A DNA stretch of 64,000 nucleotides from the NCBI GenBank assembly GCA_003971905.1, contig RSEE01000092.1:62001-126000 (forward strand). Direction: 5' to 3'. The position numbers were made by a program, and so were the translations under genes. This document shows positions 10,704-24,468 of the stretch, one piece after another (position 1 is the stretch's first letter; the number at the start of each line of letters is the position of its first letter). The stretch is from Moniliella sp. 'wahieum' (taxonomy: Eukaryota). The notes below the pieces were generated by a model, which was not told the DNA's origin, made no database searches, and saw nothing but the letters and a program-made list of their open reading frames with translations.

Positions 10704-13700
10704 TTAGGACATGTGCAAGTTGGGCCACGCGCCCGAGCCCGATCCCGAGCCGGAGCCGGAGCCTGCCGCGCCAAACGTCGAGGCCGGGTTGGCCGGTGCG
10801 GGCGGGTTGACGCGCCCAGTGAGCGGGTCCCACTGTTGTCGGCTGTTGGGGCGGAAGACGGTGGAGGACAGCGGGGGGAGGGACAAGGCAGACGCCGAAG
10901 CGGCCGCGGCCAAACTCGCCCGGCCATACGAGTACAGTCCCGACGCCCCTGATCCTGGTCCCGATCCTGGTCCCGAGCCAGGGGGCAGAGCGATATTCGA
11001 GGATGCGCCTGTGCCGGCCGGTTGGGGCAGGCCCCATTCCGAGTGGCCCGAGAGCGAGGGGGCGCCCGACGCGAGCGAAGGTAGCGAGGCGAGCGAGTGC
11101 ACCGACGCAGTGGACAAGTTGCTCCGAGCGTAGAGTTCGTGGTTGTTGAGGGTGTGGGTGTGGTTGAGGGCTGGGTTGAGGGTCGGGTTGGGGTTGTGGG
11201 CAGGTCCGCGCAGTACGTTCCTCCGTCCGGCCGAGAGCGGCGTAGGCGGAGGACCGGCAGACAGGTGCGGTGGGAGGAAGACGGAGCCAAAGTCGAGCGA
11301 TTGGGCACGGACGCCCAATGCGCGAGGCGCTACTGGTGCCGCGTGCAGCACGTCCCGGTCACGGTCCATGTCCATGTCCAGGTCGTACGTCGACCCGGAC
11401 GCCCACTGGTCCGAACCCAGTCCCAAGTCCTGCACCGACGCCGAGGGGAGCACAGGCGAGTCGCCCGCCCCAGCTCCAGCAGGGTAGAAGGATAAGTGCG
11501 AGCCGCGCCGGAGCAAATTGGATGACGAACCGGTCCATTCGCCCGTGCCCCACGGAGCTTGTAGCGGCGTGGACCAGACTTCGGTCGAAGGTCGAGCATG
11601 CGACGAGGCACCACTAGGCGGCGCCCATACATCCGACGTACTGCCCCACGTAGTGTACGGGTACGGTGACCCGTACTCGGTTCGCACCGACCCGGACCCG
11701 GGCTCGGCACGCGAACTTGGCGCAAACCCAGTAGGGTACGTCGGTAGCCGCGTCGACGCATGGACTGGACTAGGGTTCAGCAGTGCCAGTGGTGCCAGTA
11801 CCGCGTCGGAGCTGCCCGGGGTCGCGTGGGCGTGTTGCGCGTGTTGGCCAGCGCGGGGGGGAGCTTGGCCCCGGCTACTATCTTCCGATAAGCGCGGCAC
11901 GCGGTCGCGCTCCTGCCCCAAGGCAGTGGAGAACGATTCGCGGCCCGGAGGCGAGGCGAGGTCGTGGGCCGAGGCAAAGGATTCCGGGTGAGCAGAGAGA
12001 GGATAGAGTCGGTACGAGTATGGAGCGGGGGCGACTCGCTACTTTCTTCCTCGGCTCCTGCTCCCGACCCGGCCCTAGCCACATCGGGAGGATCGATAGA
12101 GGGCACGTATACGGGGACCTCGCGCGCGGTGAGAAAGGCAAGAATCATCTCTTGGGCCGCGGGAAGACGGTCGGCATTGGCTGCAGCGGTAAACAGACGG
12201 AACACTGCGGCGGGCAGGGTGAGAAGACCAGCGTCCAACACGGGCGGGGCAACGTTGACGGACAATTGCGTCCGAACCGTGTCGAGGAGCGAGGCAAATG
12301 TGGTGGTACGGACTGAGTCCGAGTCCCCTGCTTCATCTTCGTTTGCTTCGGAAGAAGATGCCATGGCAGTGACCAGCGCCGTCGTTGCCGGCACGGCAAA
12401 GAGAGCCGAGGTGGGCACATGGGCAAGAAGCATGCGCGCCGCAATGGGTCGTTGGGCCGCTGGGCCCACGAGGAAGATCGAGTCGGACGCATCTTCCCGA
12501 GGGGGAACGCAGAGCGACGTGCCGGTGCGCGACTCAATGTCGTGGACAAAGATACTCTTGTCGCCCAAGAGGGTGCGGTGGTACCTTCTCGGTACGGGGA
12601 GCGGGGAGGAAGCCCAGTCGCGCTCTTGTGGCGGAACGAGCTCCATGACGGCGGTCTTGAGGTGGGAGAGAGCGGTCTTGTTCTTGGCCGGGGTACGAGC
12701 GACGACGTTGTCGGCATTTTCGTGGTAGCCTCCCAACGAGGCAAACTCATCGGCATTGGAGAACTTGACGTACACACCAAACTTTTTCATGATGCGTTGG
12801 ATGTTCTTTCCTCCCACGCCAATGATGCGCTTGTGGTACACCTCGGGCACGTGGAACGACGTCTCGGCCGGCAATTCCTCCTGCAGCAGCGCCAGCAGCC
12901 AGCAGCACCGAGCTCTTGTCGGTGCTAGACACGTCGATACGGAAATTGTACTCGTTAAAGGTCTCGAATTTGATGCGTACATTGGCCGCCTTCATGATCT
13001 TGTTCATCTTGCCGTTCTTTTTGCCCGAAATAAAGTCACGATGTTCATTGGCCAACTCGATCTGGAACCGGACCTCGTAATTGAATGGGCGAACGAGGTC
13101 GAGATCGAGCAAAAGAGCCACGGCCGCACGCACCTCCGACTCGAGACCATGCACTTCAAAGCAGTTGCTCTTAAACAGTACTTCGGCACCCGACTTGATA
13201 CTCACCATCCGTAGCGACGGCGCGACACGGGAGAGGGTCAAGGCTTGTTGCACAGCCACATCGTACCCCATGGGCAAGAGCCAGATCGAAGCCGAGTAGA
13301 ATTGGGCAGCGAGGCCATAAGTGCTCTGGTGGTGCGCTCCACCGCGACGCGGTTGTCGCCCAGGACGACGAGAGCTGAAGCCTGCGATCCTACAACGGGG
13401 AAGACGACGGTGGTACCATTGTCATGCGCAATGGCATGGACCGTGTCCAGGCGCTCAGTCAGCATCCAGTCCAATTTGCGTGGCAGGATGGCCATCTCGC
13501 GCGAGAGCAACGCCTTGTGTTTCAATACCGACAGTTGGTGTAGCATATCTTTGGCACGCTGCACATTCACGCTGTCTCCAGTGATGTACACCGTGTTCTG
13601 GTGCGCCGCCACGTCCAACTGCTCCGCATGACCAAACACACCAGCAAACGACGAAGGGAAGTAAATGTTGGTCGCGGTTTCTTCTTGAATCTGTTGAATC

Positions 13701-16285
13701 ACGCACCGCTTGCGACCGCCAACAATGTTGTGCAGTTTAAACTCCAGCTTGTACGGCTCGGATTGGAGCCCAGTCTGGTCAAGGATCGATTGGGCAAGGT
13801 GAGTTTCTGTGCATTCCACTGGGGGACGGGAAGTGGAAGCGCGCGCAGGGGGGATGGGCGGGGGAGGGTGAGAGGGGAGGGTAACGTCTAACGTACCAAT
13901 TCATCGAGCAGGACGAGGACCTGCAATTTGGCCATATCTACCGCATCGTGTTGTCCAGCCACGACCAGCGTGGCGCTCTGCTCAGTCCACAAGCCCGTAG
14001 CGATTTCTTGGCGCGCGTCGTGCGCGATGGCGACCAAGGCATGGCACGACGTGGCGATCGTCTCGAGCCGTTCGGCGACATCGGGTCGAAGAAAGATCGG
14101 TTGACCATCGGGTCCTACTCCGGCGGAGACCAACGGTCCCACCCTTCCCCCCGGGCGGGGGCAGACCAAGTCTGAGAGCGGGCACTTGATGTGCGCAACG
14201 AGGGGGAACGGGTGTTGGCGCAAAACAGCGCCCTTGGCACCAAACACTTGTTGAAACGAGCCCGAGAGGAGAAAACAGTACTTGGCCGCATCGCCCTCGT
14301 CACTAGGAGGAGGGAAGGAGACAGATCCCAACGCGGTCGAGGTAAGTCCCAAATCTGGTTCGAGCAACGCCATTCCGGTCCGGGTCGCCGAGCTGACCGG
14401 GTGCAGAGAGTGCAGGCTCTTGATGCTAACGGGGAGGGAAGTTTGGCTCGAGTTGAGCGCAGAAGGAAATGTGAGCAAAGAAGGAATACTCGTCCCACTC
14501 TGACTTGCCGCACTCATACCGTACCCTGCCGGCTGCAGGATCCCATTCGACACAACGGGCTCAGTGGCTGTTGCGCCACCAATCCCGCCCGTGGGACGCA
14601 CAATGGCCAGAAGCTTAGCCCCTGCCGAGGGAAAGAAGGTCGGGATGGGAAAGACGTTGCACTTCCATCGCAGACACCACACACTGGTACGCCGTGCCAA
14701 CGGCCGAGGTGAGCTTGTCCACAGCCTTGCCCAGTACGACAGCAGGATCGTGGTTCTTCATGTGCTGCTGCTGCTGCTGCGCTGCTGTTGCTGTTGCTGT
14801 TGCAGTTGCGGCTGAGCGCGATGCCGAGGGCTCGGCCGGCAGGCGAGTCGGGAGCAGCGACGAGGAACTCATCGGTCAGATGGGGCGGACGTAGAAGGCG
14901 CTCGGCGTCCTACGCCCCATGCTGAACGGGGGGCCGGAGCAGCGACATTGGCGCTAGTCGCACTAGTCGCGCTAGTCGCACTGGTCGTCGTGGCCGTAGT
15001 CGTAGTCGTAGTGGCAGCCGGGGCCGGCGTCATCGACTCTGCTGCGCCACGAAGCGAACCCGAACCCGAGTCACCAGGGACCAAGCCATCGTCTTGTGCT
15101 ACCGCCCGACTGAGCGCAGGGGAAAAGTCCCGCACCGAAGCAAAGTCAGCCGAGGACTCGGTAAGATGACTGTCGGGACTGTCCTGGCTCATAGGCAGCT
15201 CGGCCGGACGCGTCGACGCACCCAGGTCCAGCGGTGCGGCAGCCGGCGTAGACGCTGGCGTGGAGCGGTTGGAGACCGTGTGTTCGTACCCGACCCAGCT
15301 GGGGGTGGCGACAGCAGGCGTAGTAGCAGTGCCAGAAGCAGCAGCGGAAGCAGAAGCAGAAGCATTAGCAGCCGCTGCTGCTGCGGCGGCGGCGGCAAAG
15401 GTAGGCTTGTGCGCTTGGGGCACAACAAGGGGTTGCTGCAAGGAGGAGGAGGAGGTGGAAGAAGAAGAGCTTGTGCCCGGCTTGAGGGATGTGGTGTTGG
15501 GGAGCGCGGCGGCGGGCCGCTGCTCCGCGGAGCACGGTCCGCAGCGAGCGGGGTGCGAGACGCACGCGTCCGATCCACCGGTTCGCCGGCCAAGTCGGGC
15601 AGGCGACGGGTAGGACTAGGGTGGATCAGGTGCTCGACGGCAGCGGCGAGCGGCGGGTGGGAAGGCGGCTCGTCATCTTGCTCGTCATGGGAGGGCGAGA
15701 CGGCTTCGGGAATGTTGTCCTGGGAGCGCTTGAGCGCACCAAACGCAGCGGGCATAAACGTGCGCGCAGACAGACGCGAACGCATGCTGCTGAAGCCTGA
15801 GTTGACGCGGGTGGGCAAGAAGAGAGGCTGCTGCGCTGCTCGCGCGGCGCACTGTCGTCGTCGCCGGTCGCTGTGGCGGAGGGAGGCAGCGTTCGAGCCA
15901 GCCGCGCCGCAGCCGCAGCCGCAGCGCAGCTGAGCCGAGAGCTGAGGCAGGGGGCGCGGACCGAGGCCAGCACGGCGACGCGCTGCGGGACTGCTCACGG
16001 AGGCGGCGGCGCAGCGGCGGCGGAGGTGGGTGGTGGAGACGGGGGTGGGGTCGGGGTCGGGGTGCGCCGGGGCTGGGGTGGGGTGGGCGCCGGGCGGCGG
16101 CGCGCAGCGCCGAGGCGGGCGGGGGAACGGGTGTGGGAGCGTCGTGGCGGCGGGGGGCGCGTGGGCGCGGCCGCGGCAGACGCCGACGCCGTGCCGGACG
16201 CCGAGGCCGCGGCTGCTGCGGCTGCGGGCGGGTTGGCAGCCGGCGGGCGGCGCGGGAAGGTAAAGGCGAGCGAGTACACGTCCAT
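10704..16285 (-). CDS. Multi-KH-domain RNA-binding protein (fungal Bicaudal-C/YLL032C-like)
   Basis: KH motifs HRDFISGKKNGKMNKIMK, YHKRIIGVGGKNIQRIMKKFGVYVKFSN, LHNIVGGRKR..IQEETATNIYFP and YHRTLLGDK. Intron at about 13819-13896. Several frameshifts. The start MDVYSLAFTFP is inferred. Confidence 0.8.
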
Positions 16286-16489
16286 CCTGGCCACCAGCAG
16301 CGTGTCGCGACGCTCGCAGTCGATGGAGGAGGCAACGGCTCAGCTGAGTACCAACACCAGTAACTAGTAATACCAGCACCATTCCCACCACTCCGCCTTC
16401 CGCCGCCCCATCACGTGCCCCCGGTCACATGACCCCCACCGCCTACACCACCTCCACCGCCTCCCAATGCTCCCCCCATACTCCCCCCC

Positions 16490-17596
16490 ATGCTCCCCAC
16501 CGCGCCCGCGTCGTACGCCGCGCTCTCGCCGGCATGCTCGCCCTCCTCCTCGCCGCGCCCGCCACCTTCCTCCTGCCTGCGCCCGGGCAAGTGGGGCCCG
16601 CGCACCCGCACCCTCTTCCGCCCCCGCCCTCAACGCCAACCTGGCCTGGGCCGTGATGGAGACGCCGGGCCCGCTGCTGCTCGCCATGGCCATGTGCAGC
16701 GACCCCTCCGCCCCCTCCGCTCGCATGGAGCCCCAGCCTGCTCGACCACTCCGTCTCGCCCACGCAGTTCTTCCACCACCTCTTCCCTGGCCTGCTGGAC
16801 GGCGCGCAGCCGCTTCTCCCACGCTGGGTAGCCCACGTGCGCGCCCACCCTCCCCACCGCCAGGTCGCCGCCCTCTTCTACCTCGTTCACTACCTCCACC
16901 CCGCTGCTGCTCCAGCCGCTTGCGCGCACCCCCACGCACCCCCATGGCTCTCGAGGTCGCCCTGTCCGCCACAACGTTCCAACTGACCAATGGTTTCTGC
17001 TTGGCACCTGGCTTGCCGGACGCGCCCCGTCCCACTCCCGCCCACCTGGCTCCCGCACCTGCCACACGCGTTCTTACCGCCTTTTCCTGGGCCGGTACCG
17101 CTTCCCATACCCCGTGGCTCCCGTCCGCGTCTGCACTTGCGCCCGCATGGGCGTTCTGGTGCGCACTCCTCCTCGCCGCGCTCGCCCTCGCTACCAACAT
17201 CTACCACACGAGATCTTGTTGGCGCTGCGCGTGGGGGCGCTACCGTCCGTAGAGGGGAAGGGAGCACGCGCACCGGGGGTCCTGTGGGTCCTACGGTACA
17301 ACGTGGTGCGCAAACGTACGCCATTCCTTACGGCGGCCTGTTTGGGCTGGTAGACCACCCGCATTACTTATCGGAATGGGTCGAGTGGGCGTGCTGGGGA
17401 ACAGCACCGTGTTGTGCGACACGCCCTCGACGCTGCCCTTGCCCAATCGATATGCTTGGCTTACTAGCTCCGCCCACACTGTTCCCCTCGTCGAGGTGGC
17501 TGTCATGTTACCCGCGCTGTCCGAGGCCACCAGTGGTACGACTTTTGCCCGCTCTATCCGCCCCACCGCAGAGCCATTGTGCCTTGGCTCCTGTAA
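16490..17596 (+). CDS. 3-oxo-5-alpha-steroid 4-dehydrogenase (steroid 5-alpha-reductase family) membrane protein
   Basis: NANLAWAVMETPGP, hydrophobic helices, NIYH, YAIPYGGLFGLVDHPHYLSEWVEW and C-terminal RRAIVPWLL*. Frameshifted. Confidence 0.85.
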
Positions 17597-17931
17597 TGCA
17601 ACAGGGAAGGATCAGGATCAGGATCAGGATCGGGATCTACCAGGAGCAAGTAGCATCCCCGAAGCTAACAGAGGAAAGGGAAAGGGGGACAAGGGAAAAG
17701 GGAAAAAGGGAAAAGGGAAAGGGAAAAGGAAGGAAAGGGGATGGGAGAGGAGACGCTCCAACGCGCGAGGTGAGCAAAGAGGGTCAAGGAAAGGAAAGCA
17801 AATAGATCGACAGGGCGCGAGGCAGCAAGGAGTGGTCGGGGGGCGGGGGGGGGGGGGGGGGTAGGTGGCGCATGCGCAGGCAAGGCAGGCAAGGAGGAAA
17901 AGGAAAAGGAAAAGGAAAAAGAAAAGGAAAG

Positions 17932-19231
17932 TTAAAAGTCGGGGAAGAGGTAGCCATACGGGTCGGGTCGGTCGGGGCGATTGTATTCGCCAACGTCCAC
18001 TTCGTCGTACCGTTCGTACTGGCTTCCATCGCCGTCCAATCCAATGGCCGGGATGTACGGAGCGTGAATTTCTCTCCGGGCGAGCTTTTGCAGTCGACCT
18101 CGGCGAACCAGAGGTGGCCGAAAATGTCGCCCGCGCCACGGGCTAGGGTGCCGTAGCGTTTAGTCCGATCGGGCGTCAACAAGTTCTTGAGTAAATCTTT
18201 TACCCCGTCTCGAAAAACGGTGGGTAACGTACTTTCACGCGACAATCTTTTCGTACAACTTGATTGGGTTACCGTCGTCGGTGAAAAAGGGGGAGACCCG
18301 CTAACATTTCGTATGCAGTACGCCCAGTGCCACCAGTCCACTGCCTTGTTGTACGGCTTGGACGACAGACCTCTGGTGCGAGGTAGTATGGCGGCGTACA
18401 CACAGCGTCCACGTCACGTCCGGCACGTACTTGGCAACCCAAAGTCAGTCAACTTGAGATGACCATCAGCGGCAATCAGGATATTCTCGGCTTGGTCGCG
18501 GTAGATAAACCCATTGGAATGGAGGTAGTCCAGTGCCAGAGCCACCTCGGCAGCATAGAACTTGGCGACTGGGTGGGGAACGCTGGCTCTTGCGCAATAG
18601 GAAAACAGCTGCCTCCAGGGACAAAGTCCATGACCATGTGAGAAACGTGGGGTTGCATTGTGCCCCACAAGTTGACGAGGAACGGATGGCGTACCGCAGC
18701 CAGCACAGCACGCGCTCCGAATTGGTATGCTCACTTGCTTCATCCGCACTACTTTTTCTTGCGCAGCATTGATTGCGTACGGCCTGCCATTGTGCCGCGA
18801 ACGCACGAGGTGCACGCGCCCAAAGACCCGGTACCCAAGGTCTTTTGGATGGTAAAGTACGAGAGGGTGTAGCGGGCCACTGAGCTTGCGCACGGGCTGC
18901 GGGTGGACGGGGCGCGGAGCGGGGTGGTGGTGGTGGTGGGGGGGGGGTAGTGGTGGAAGGGGTGGTAGTGGTAGTGGTAGTGGTAGTGGTAGTGGTAGTG
19001 GTAGGGGCAGTGGTAGGGGCAGTGGTAGTGGGGGTGGCAGTCGCAGTTGCAGTGGGTGTGGAGGCGGCGGGGCAGGGGTGGTAGGGACGGTGGGGCGCGG
19101 GGCGGAGGGAGGGGCGGGAGCGGGCAAGCGGCAGCGGAGCGGCGGCGGGGGGGCGGGCGGGGGCGGCGGGCGGGGTGGGGGTGGGGCCGAGGCGGGCGCT
19201 TGGGCCGAGGGTGGGACGGAGGCGGAGGCAT
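17932..19231 (-). CDS. cAMP-dependent protein kinase catalytic subunit (PKA-C)
   Basis: [86 protein letters not shown] and terminal [10 protein letters not shown]. Many frameshifts. Start is uncertain (19231, 19304 or 19367). Confidence 0.93.
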
Positions 19232-19702
19232 GGCAGAGCACAGCACAGCACAGCACAGATGGCCGTGGGAAGCGCCGAGTCGCGTGGTTAGTTGTGGTGG
19301 CCATCCCATCCCATCTCCTCGGCAGGCTGCGCTGAGCGGCGGCTGATGGGTGCGATGGCTGATTCATCCCACGTGTGGCCGCTGCCGCTGTGCCTGGGTG
19401 GGGGACCATTCGCTGCGACTGCAAACGCCCACCCGGCATTGCCTCGCCGTGCCTGCGTGCACACCGCAGCATGACGTCACGCTCACGTGCCACCACCGCC
19501 CGCGCACTGTCCCCGTGCCTGCGTGTTCCTGGTGGAGCACGTGCATCCCACTGGCGCTGTGCCTACCCCCTTCCCACTCTCTCCAGCTACCCCACGTGAC
19601 ATCAATACATCTTGGTCTCTTCTCATCGCTGTCCATCGAGCAACACAATCGCATTCCAGCCCGCCCGCCAGGCGGCCATCCTATCCCCCCCCCCTCACGC
19701 AC

Positions 19703-21053
19703 CTACACCAGCGCATGGAAGTGCGAGCGTCCCTTGGCCAGCCCCGCCTGGACGATGCGCGAGATCTCGTCGGGGTCCTTGGTGATGTGCGAGTAGCACT
19801 CGTACCCGTCTGCCGTCACCAGTACGGTCGTCCTCGATCCGCACCCCGCCCACGGGCAGGTACCGCCAGCACGCTCGGGTCAACGTACTTGCGTGCGCCG
19901 AGCGAGTCGATGAGCGTGTCGCTAAAGTAGCATCCTGGTTCGACCGTGACGACCATACCCTGCTGCAAGTGCCGCGGAGGAGTAACGTTTGACGTCCGTG
20001 TCGTCGTAGTTGGCGTGGCCTGCCGTGTCGTGGGTGTCGAGGCCGAGCATGTGGCCCAATCCGTGTGGGTAAAATGCAGCGGAGGCACCGGCGTCAAATA
20101 ACTCGTCGGCACTAAACTCCTTCTTGAATACGCCCAGGCAAGTAGTGCGTCAATCAAGATCCTGTGTGCGAGAAGGTGCAGCTCCTCCCATGCCACACCG
20201 GGCTTGACGCGCCGCATGGTCTCCTCCTGCATCTGAGCACTAGGTCGTACACTTCCCGTGCCTCTTTGGACCACACCCCCGAGATGGGGTAGCAGCGCGT
20301 CACGTCCGCTGCGTACCCGCGTACCTCTACCCAGCATCAATCAACGATCAACTCGCCCTTCATCTCGCCGTCGTTGCGCACCCAGTGCAGCGTGCTCGCG
20401 TGCGGGCCGGCACAGCAAATCGGGTCGTAGGCCATCTGCTTGGACCCTTGCCGGATCGCATGGTACACAACTCGGCGTGAATGTGTCGCTCGTTCGACTG
20501 GATCGGCACCGAGGACATGACGGCCAAATGGCACGTATCCGTTCGCCGTGCCGCTCTTTCAGCAGCCCCAATTCGAACGCATCTTTGATCACACGCGCCT
20601 CGTCCAGCGCAGCTTGCAGCTTAGGATCGACCGTGATCGTACCGGCTTCCACAAACGTGTCGGATGCCGGCTCAATACTGTGCACAGCACCCAGCGCAGC
20701 TAGGTCCGCCTTGAGCTGCGTCGCGTACTTGACTTCGTCCACGTCGTACTGGTCCAGCGCCTGGGCAGGCAAGAGCGGCATGCCGCTCCACATGACATCG
20801 TCCGCGTCGATGGGCGGCAGGTAGGGACCAAGTGATCGGTGCGTGGGTCGTACACCGCAGTGCATCGGCCAATCGTCGGCGCCGTCAGCAGGAAAGTAGC
20901 GGCGTTGGCGGAAGGCCTGGGCCTGGTCACTGTGCGGGTGGAGGCGCATACGCTCCGCCGCCACGTAGAAGGCAAACGTCGGCTGGGCCCGGTCTGCTCG
21001 GCGTACGTCGCAGCGGCACGACGCGCGTGCTCCTTCGCAGGGTACTTGGTCAT
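19703..21053 (-). CDS. Xaa-Pro dipeptidase/aminopeptidase (prolidase, peptidase M24B)
   Basis: [79 protein letters not shown] and GGVRIEDD. Confidence 0.92.
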
Positions 21054-22099
21054 GGTACGCGGCAGAGCAGGGGAGAACAACGGACAACGGGAGGGGAGAA
21101 TTCGGTCTCCAGTACCGGTAGGTGGGAAGGCAGATGTACCCCCTAACCACCTCGGGGGCGATGCCATGTGCCATGCCACCAGCCAGCCAGGGGGGAAGAA
21201 TTGATTGGTTTCGGGGGGTTCATTTCGGGTTAGGGTTGCGATTGGGAGGGGCTACCTTACACTTTGAAAGTTGACGTTCCCGCCAAGCACCCAAGTGCCA
21301 CGTCAGATGATCGATGACGGAAGATGGGTGAAGGGTGACCATTTCCAGCCCCGCCTCCCAGCGCCCACTGCCAACGTCCATGGACATGGTTCCCACTAGA
21401 CCACAACTGGCCAAAGGCGCTGCGTTTCGCGTGGTCTTGGAGGGAGTTTCCCGGGCATCGTCGAGCCATCAGCGCATGACTCGAGTAGTACTACCCACTA
21501 GTTACTCAGTGATCTTGTCGCCATGTCACATGTCACCTGTTTCAACCGCAGCAACCTACACTGGCGCATGGCGCGTGTGGCGTACTGCGCACCCAACGTC
21601 TAACGTCCATCGCGCCCAAGGCAACCCGCGGCTCCGACCGGGGTACCGGGTTAGAGCGGCGCACCTTACGTCACCCACCCGTCAACGTCCACGTCGTCAA
21701 CCTTCAAGTGAAGCTTCAGGTCAAGCTTCAAGTGTTCACGTGGTCACATGGCCAATCTATTGTGGGGCCAAGGTAAGCTAAGGCCCCTGGACGCTAGACG
21801 TTGGGTAGCGAGCGCATCGGTAGCTGAGCACGGTGTTCCATGTCCATGTCAACGTTCAACGTTCAACTCGCGCCTGGCAAGAAAATTCTTCCCGAGACCC
21901 CCGAGATCTGCGATGCCTTACTCTGTCGGCACCGCCGGCTCTCCAATCGACAATCTCAGATCGCAGTCCCAGTGGAGGCTCGTCTGAGCCTCAGGAGTCA
22001 GATTCAGAGATGCAAGAGCCAAGGCGTCGGTTGCAGACACGCAATTCAATGAATGCATTGGCTACCATCATGCATCACAGGTCGTAGGGGGCTAAGCCT

Positions 22100-23274
22100 T
22101 TAGGCCTTAGGCCGCTGGTCCCAGCGCGCGAGCACGTCGGCGTAGGAAGGGATGCTAGCCATCGCCCCGGGCTGTTCCACAGCCATGGCCGCAGCCAGCG
22201 AAGCAAACGCCAACGCGTGGGTGGCCTTAGCTTGGTCGCTTGTCAACCCCCCAGCCCGCCCGCACGAGCAATAGCCGCAGCCAAGTAGCCCGTAAACGTG
22301 TCTCCTGCCCCGGTGGTGTCGAGAACACGCTCCACCCGCGCCGCCTCGACTGAAAGTAAGATCGATTTCGGTCGGGTGGCAGTCGCTTCGGTCGTGGCGG
22401 TCGTGGCGGTCAGGGCGGTCGTGGCGGACGGTACAAGAAGACTCGCTACCACCCCACGACTGCCGCGCGTCAATACGATCCATGGCACTGCACCAAACTG
22501 CCGCGTAACACGTAACGTGGCCAACGCCTCTCCTTCCGCCCCGGCTGCAGGCTTAGTTTCCCCAAGCGCTTGTAGTAGGTCCCCTGCTTCGCCTTCGTTG
22601 ATCACCAGTACGTCCACCCCAGCCCAGTTGGTCTCACGTACCTCCTGCCCCGACGGCATGGGCGAAGGGTTCCACAGCACCACTGGTCGTGCTCGATCCT
22701 GCTTCCCATCCTTATCGGCTTGACGTTTGCCGTCCCTTCCGTTTCCGTGGGCAAGGTACCCCTGCGTGACGGGCAGGGGAATTTCGTTGTGGAGGAGCAA
22801 GACGGTGGGAAGGGCACCGGAGCGTTGGCGCACTTGCTCGTACAACTTAGAAGGCGTATCCAACGTATCGTCCATGGCAAAATTGGCTCCTTGCCGTAAC
22901 ACAATCGAGTTCTCCCCTCGGGCGTCACCTGGATAACGCCGTACCGGTAAACGTATCCGGGTGGGTACGAACCAGGTCGGTCGTCACCCCGCGCTGGCTC
23001 AGCTCGGGCAAAATCCAGGCCCCATCAGGCCCAATGCACCCAGCTAGGTACACTGCATCCCCACGTTCGTTGTCCGTAGTGGTCGTATTGCCCGTGGTGG
23101 TGGGTGCGTCGAGTGCCAACCCCCGCGCGGCGCAACGGCAATGTTGGCGCCCTTACCACCAATGAGCCGCTGGGACGTGGTCGAGGCCAACGTCTCGCCC
23201 GGGCGGACAATGTGCGGGACACGCACAATCTCATCAATGTTGAGCGAGCTGCGCACCAGGACCGAGGCGGGCAT
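22100..23274 (-). CDS. RBK1: Ribokinase (PfkB family)
   Basis: PfkB signatures SLNIDE..RPGET, GGKGANIAVA, TGTA, LVINEGEA, LTRGSRG and VLDTTGAGDTFTGY. Confidence 0.9.
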
Positions 23275-24468
23275 CGTGCAGTCAAACTCACACCAGTCAA
23301 AGGTCAAAGGTCAAGAGCAAGGTCAACGGGGAAGCGTCCAGCTGCAACCTGCAAGCGGACACTCGCGCGGGATGGGATGCAACCGATGAGACCATCGATG
23401 AGAGTGTCTGATCGATGACGCGTGACGTCGTAGCTGGGGGCAGCCGGGGGAGGCAGTGGGCATCACGCATCACGTGATCCCGTCCACGTCAGCCCCGGCG
23501 CCACGTTGCGGTGTGAAGAAGAGGCTGGGAACAAGTTCTTGCGACTCTGGCAATCCTGCCGAGAACGCTGAGGGAATGAGGCCCTGAGGCTCAGGCGAAG
23601 GACACTCAGTACTCATTAGGGCCCCTTTCGATTCCCCCTGGTCCCGGGGCTGGAACAAGCACCAGGTGGGGACAGCTCGCGATCCTCTTCCCGCTTTTGC
23701 ACCCCACCGTCCACACAACGCAGAGCAGGTATTATCACATGTACTCTGGCACCGGGCAACGCTTCCTGCAATCTCTCTTGCCTCGGCCTCCTTAGGCTTT
23801 CTCACGGCTACAACTGTGGCAGGGGGGAACGACCAAGTGAAGATGATGAGCTGCCTTCGGTTTGGATCGGTAGTAGATGTCTGTGGCGATCCGGGTCTGT
23901 GTAGTGGTGGAGGTGAGGAGGAGAGGACGGCCAGCGGAGCCCAATCCAACATCGATACATGATCCAACCAGGGGGGAAGCCACAGACGATCAATTTGATC
24001 TTGATCTGTCGTATCTGGATGGTCTCCGTTGGGTCTTGTAGATCGCCGTAGAGGCTTGTTGGGACCAGGGTCACGCGGTCACGCGCCAGCCATCAGCACA
24101 GAGGGCCCGCACACACGCGTAGCGCGTCAGCGTAAGCCGTAAGCCTCAAGTAACGCTTTAAGTCTTACGCTAAGCATACGCATAAACATCCCTAGCTCCA
24201 ACCCATCGCAGTACCCCAACATGTAACATGTACCACCACACCACCACCACACTGTCTCGCTCTGAAAGCTACGTTCTTCCACGCATCTGGTCCGTCGGTG
24301 CGCCGGTCGGTACGCCAGTCGGGGCAGTTCGTTGGATCCTGGATCATTGATTGTGTCGTCTACCGACCATGCCATGGAAAAGGGAAAGGGGAAAAGGGGT
24401 ATTCGCACGGCCCGCGCCCGCATCGGCATCGGCACCTGCACCTTGAGCCTGCACCTCGAACCTCGAAC

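Noticed and set aside
15094..17805. Numerous long overlapping Arg/Gly/Pro-rich ORFs (also 26000-28800, 48000-50200 and 60000-61500)
   Set aside because: Shadow frames of GC-rich low-complexity genes, with no domain signal.
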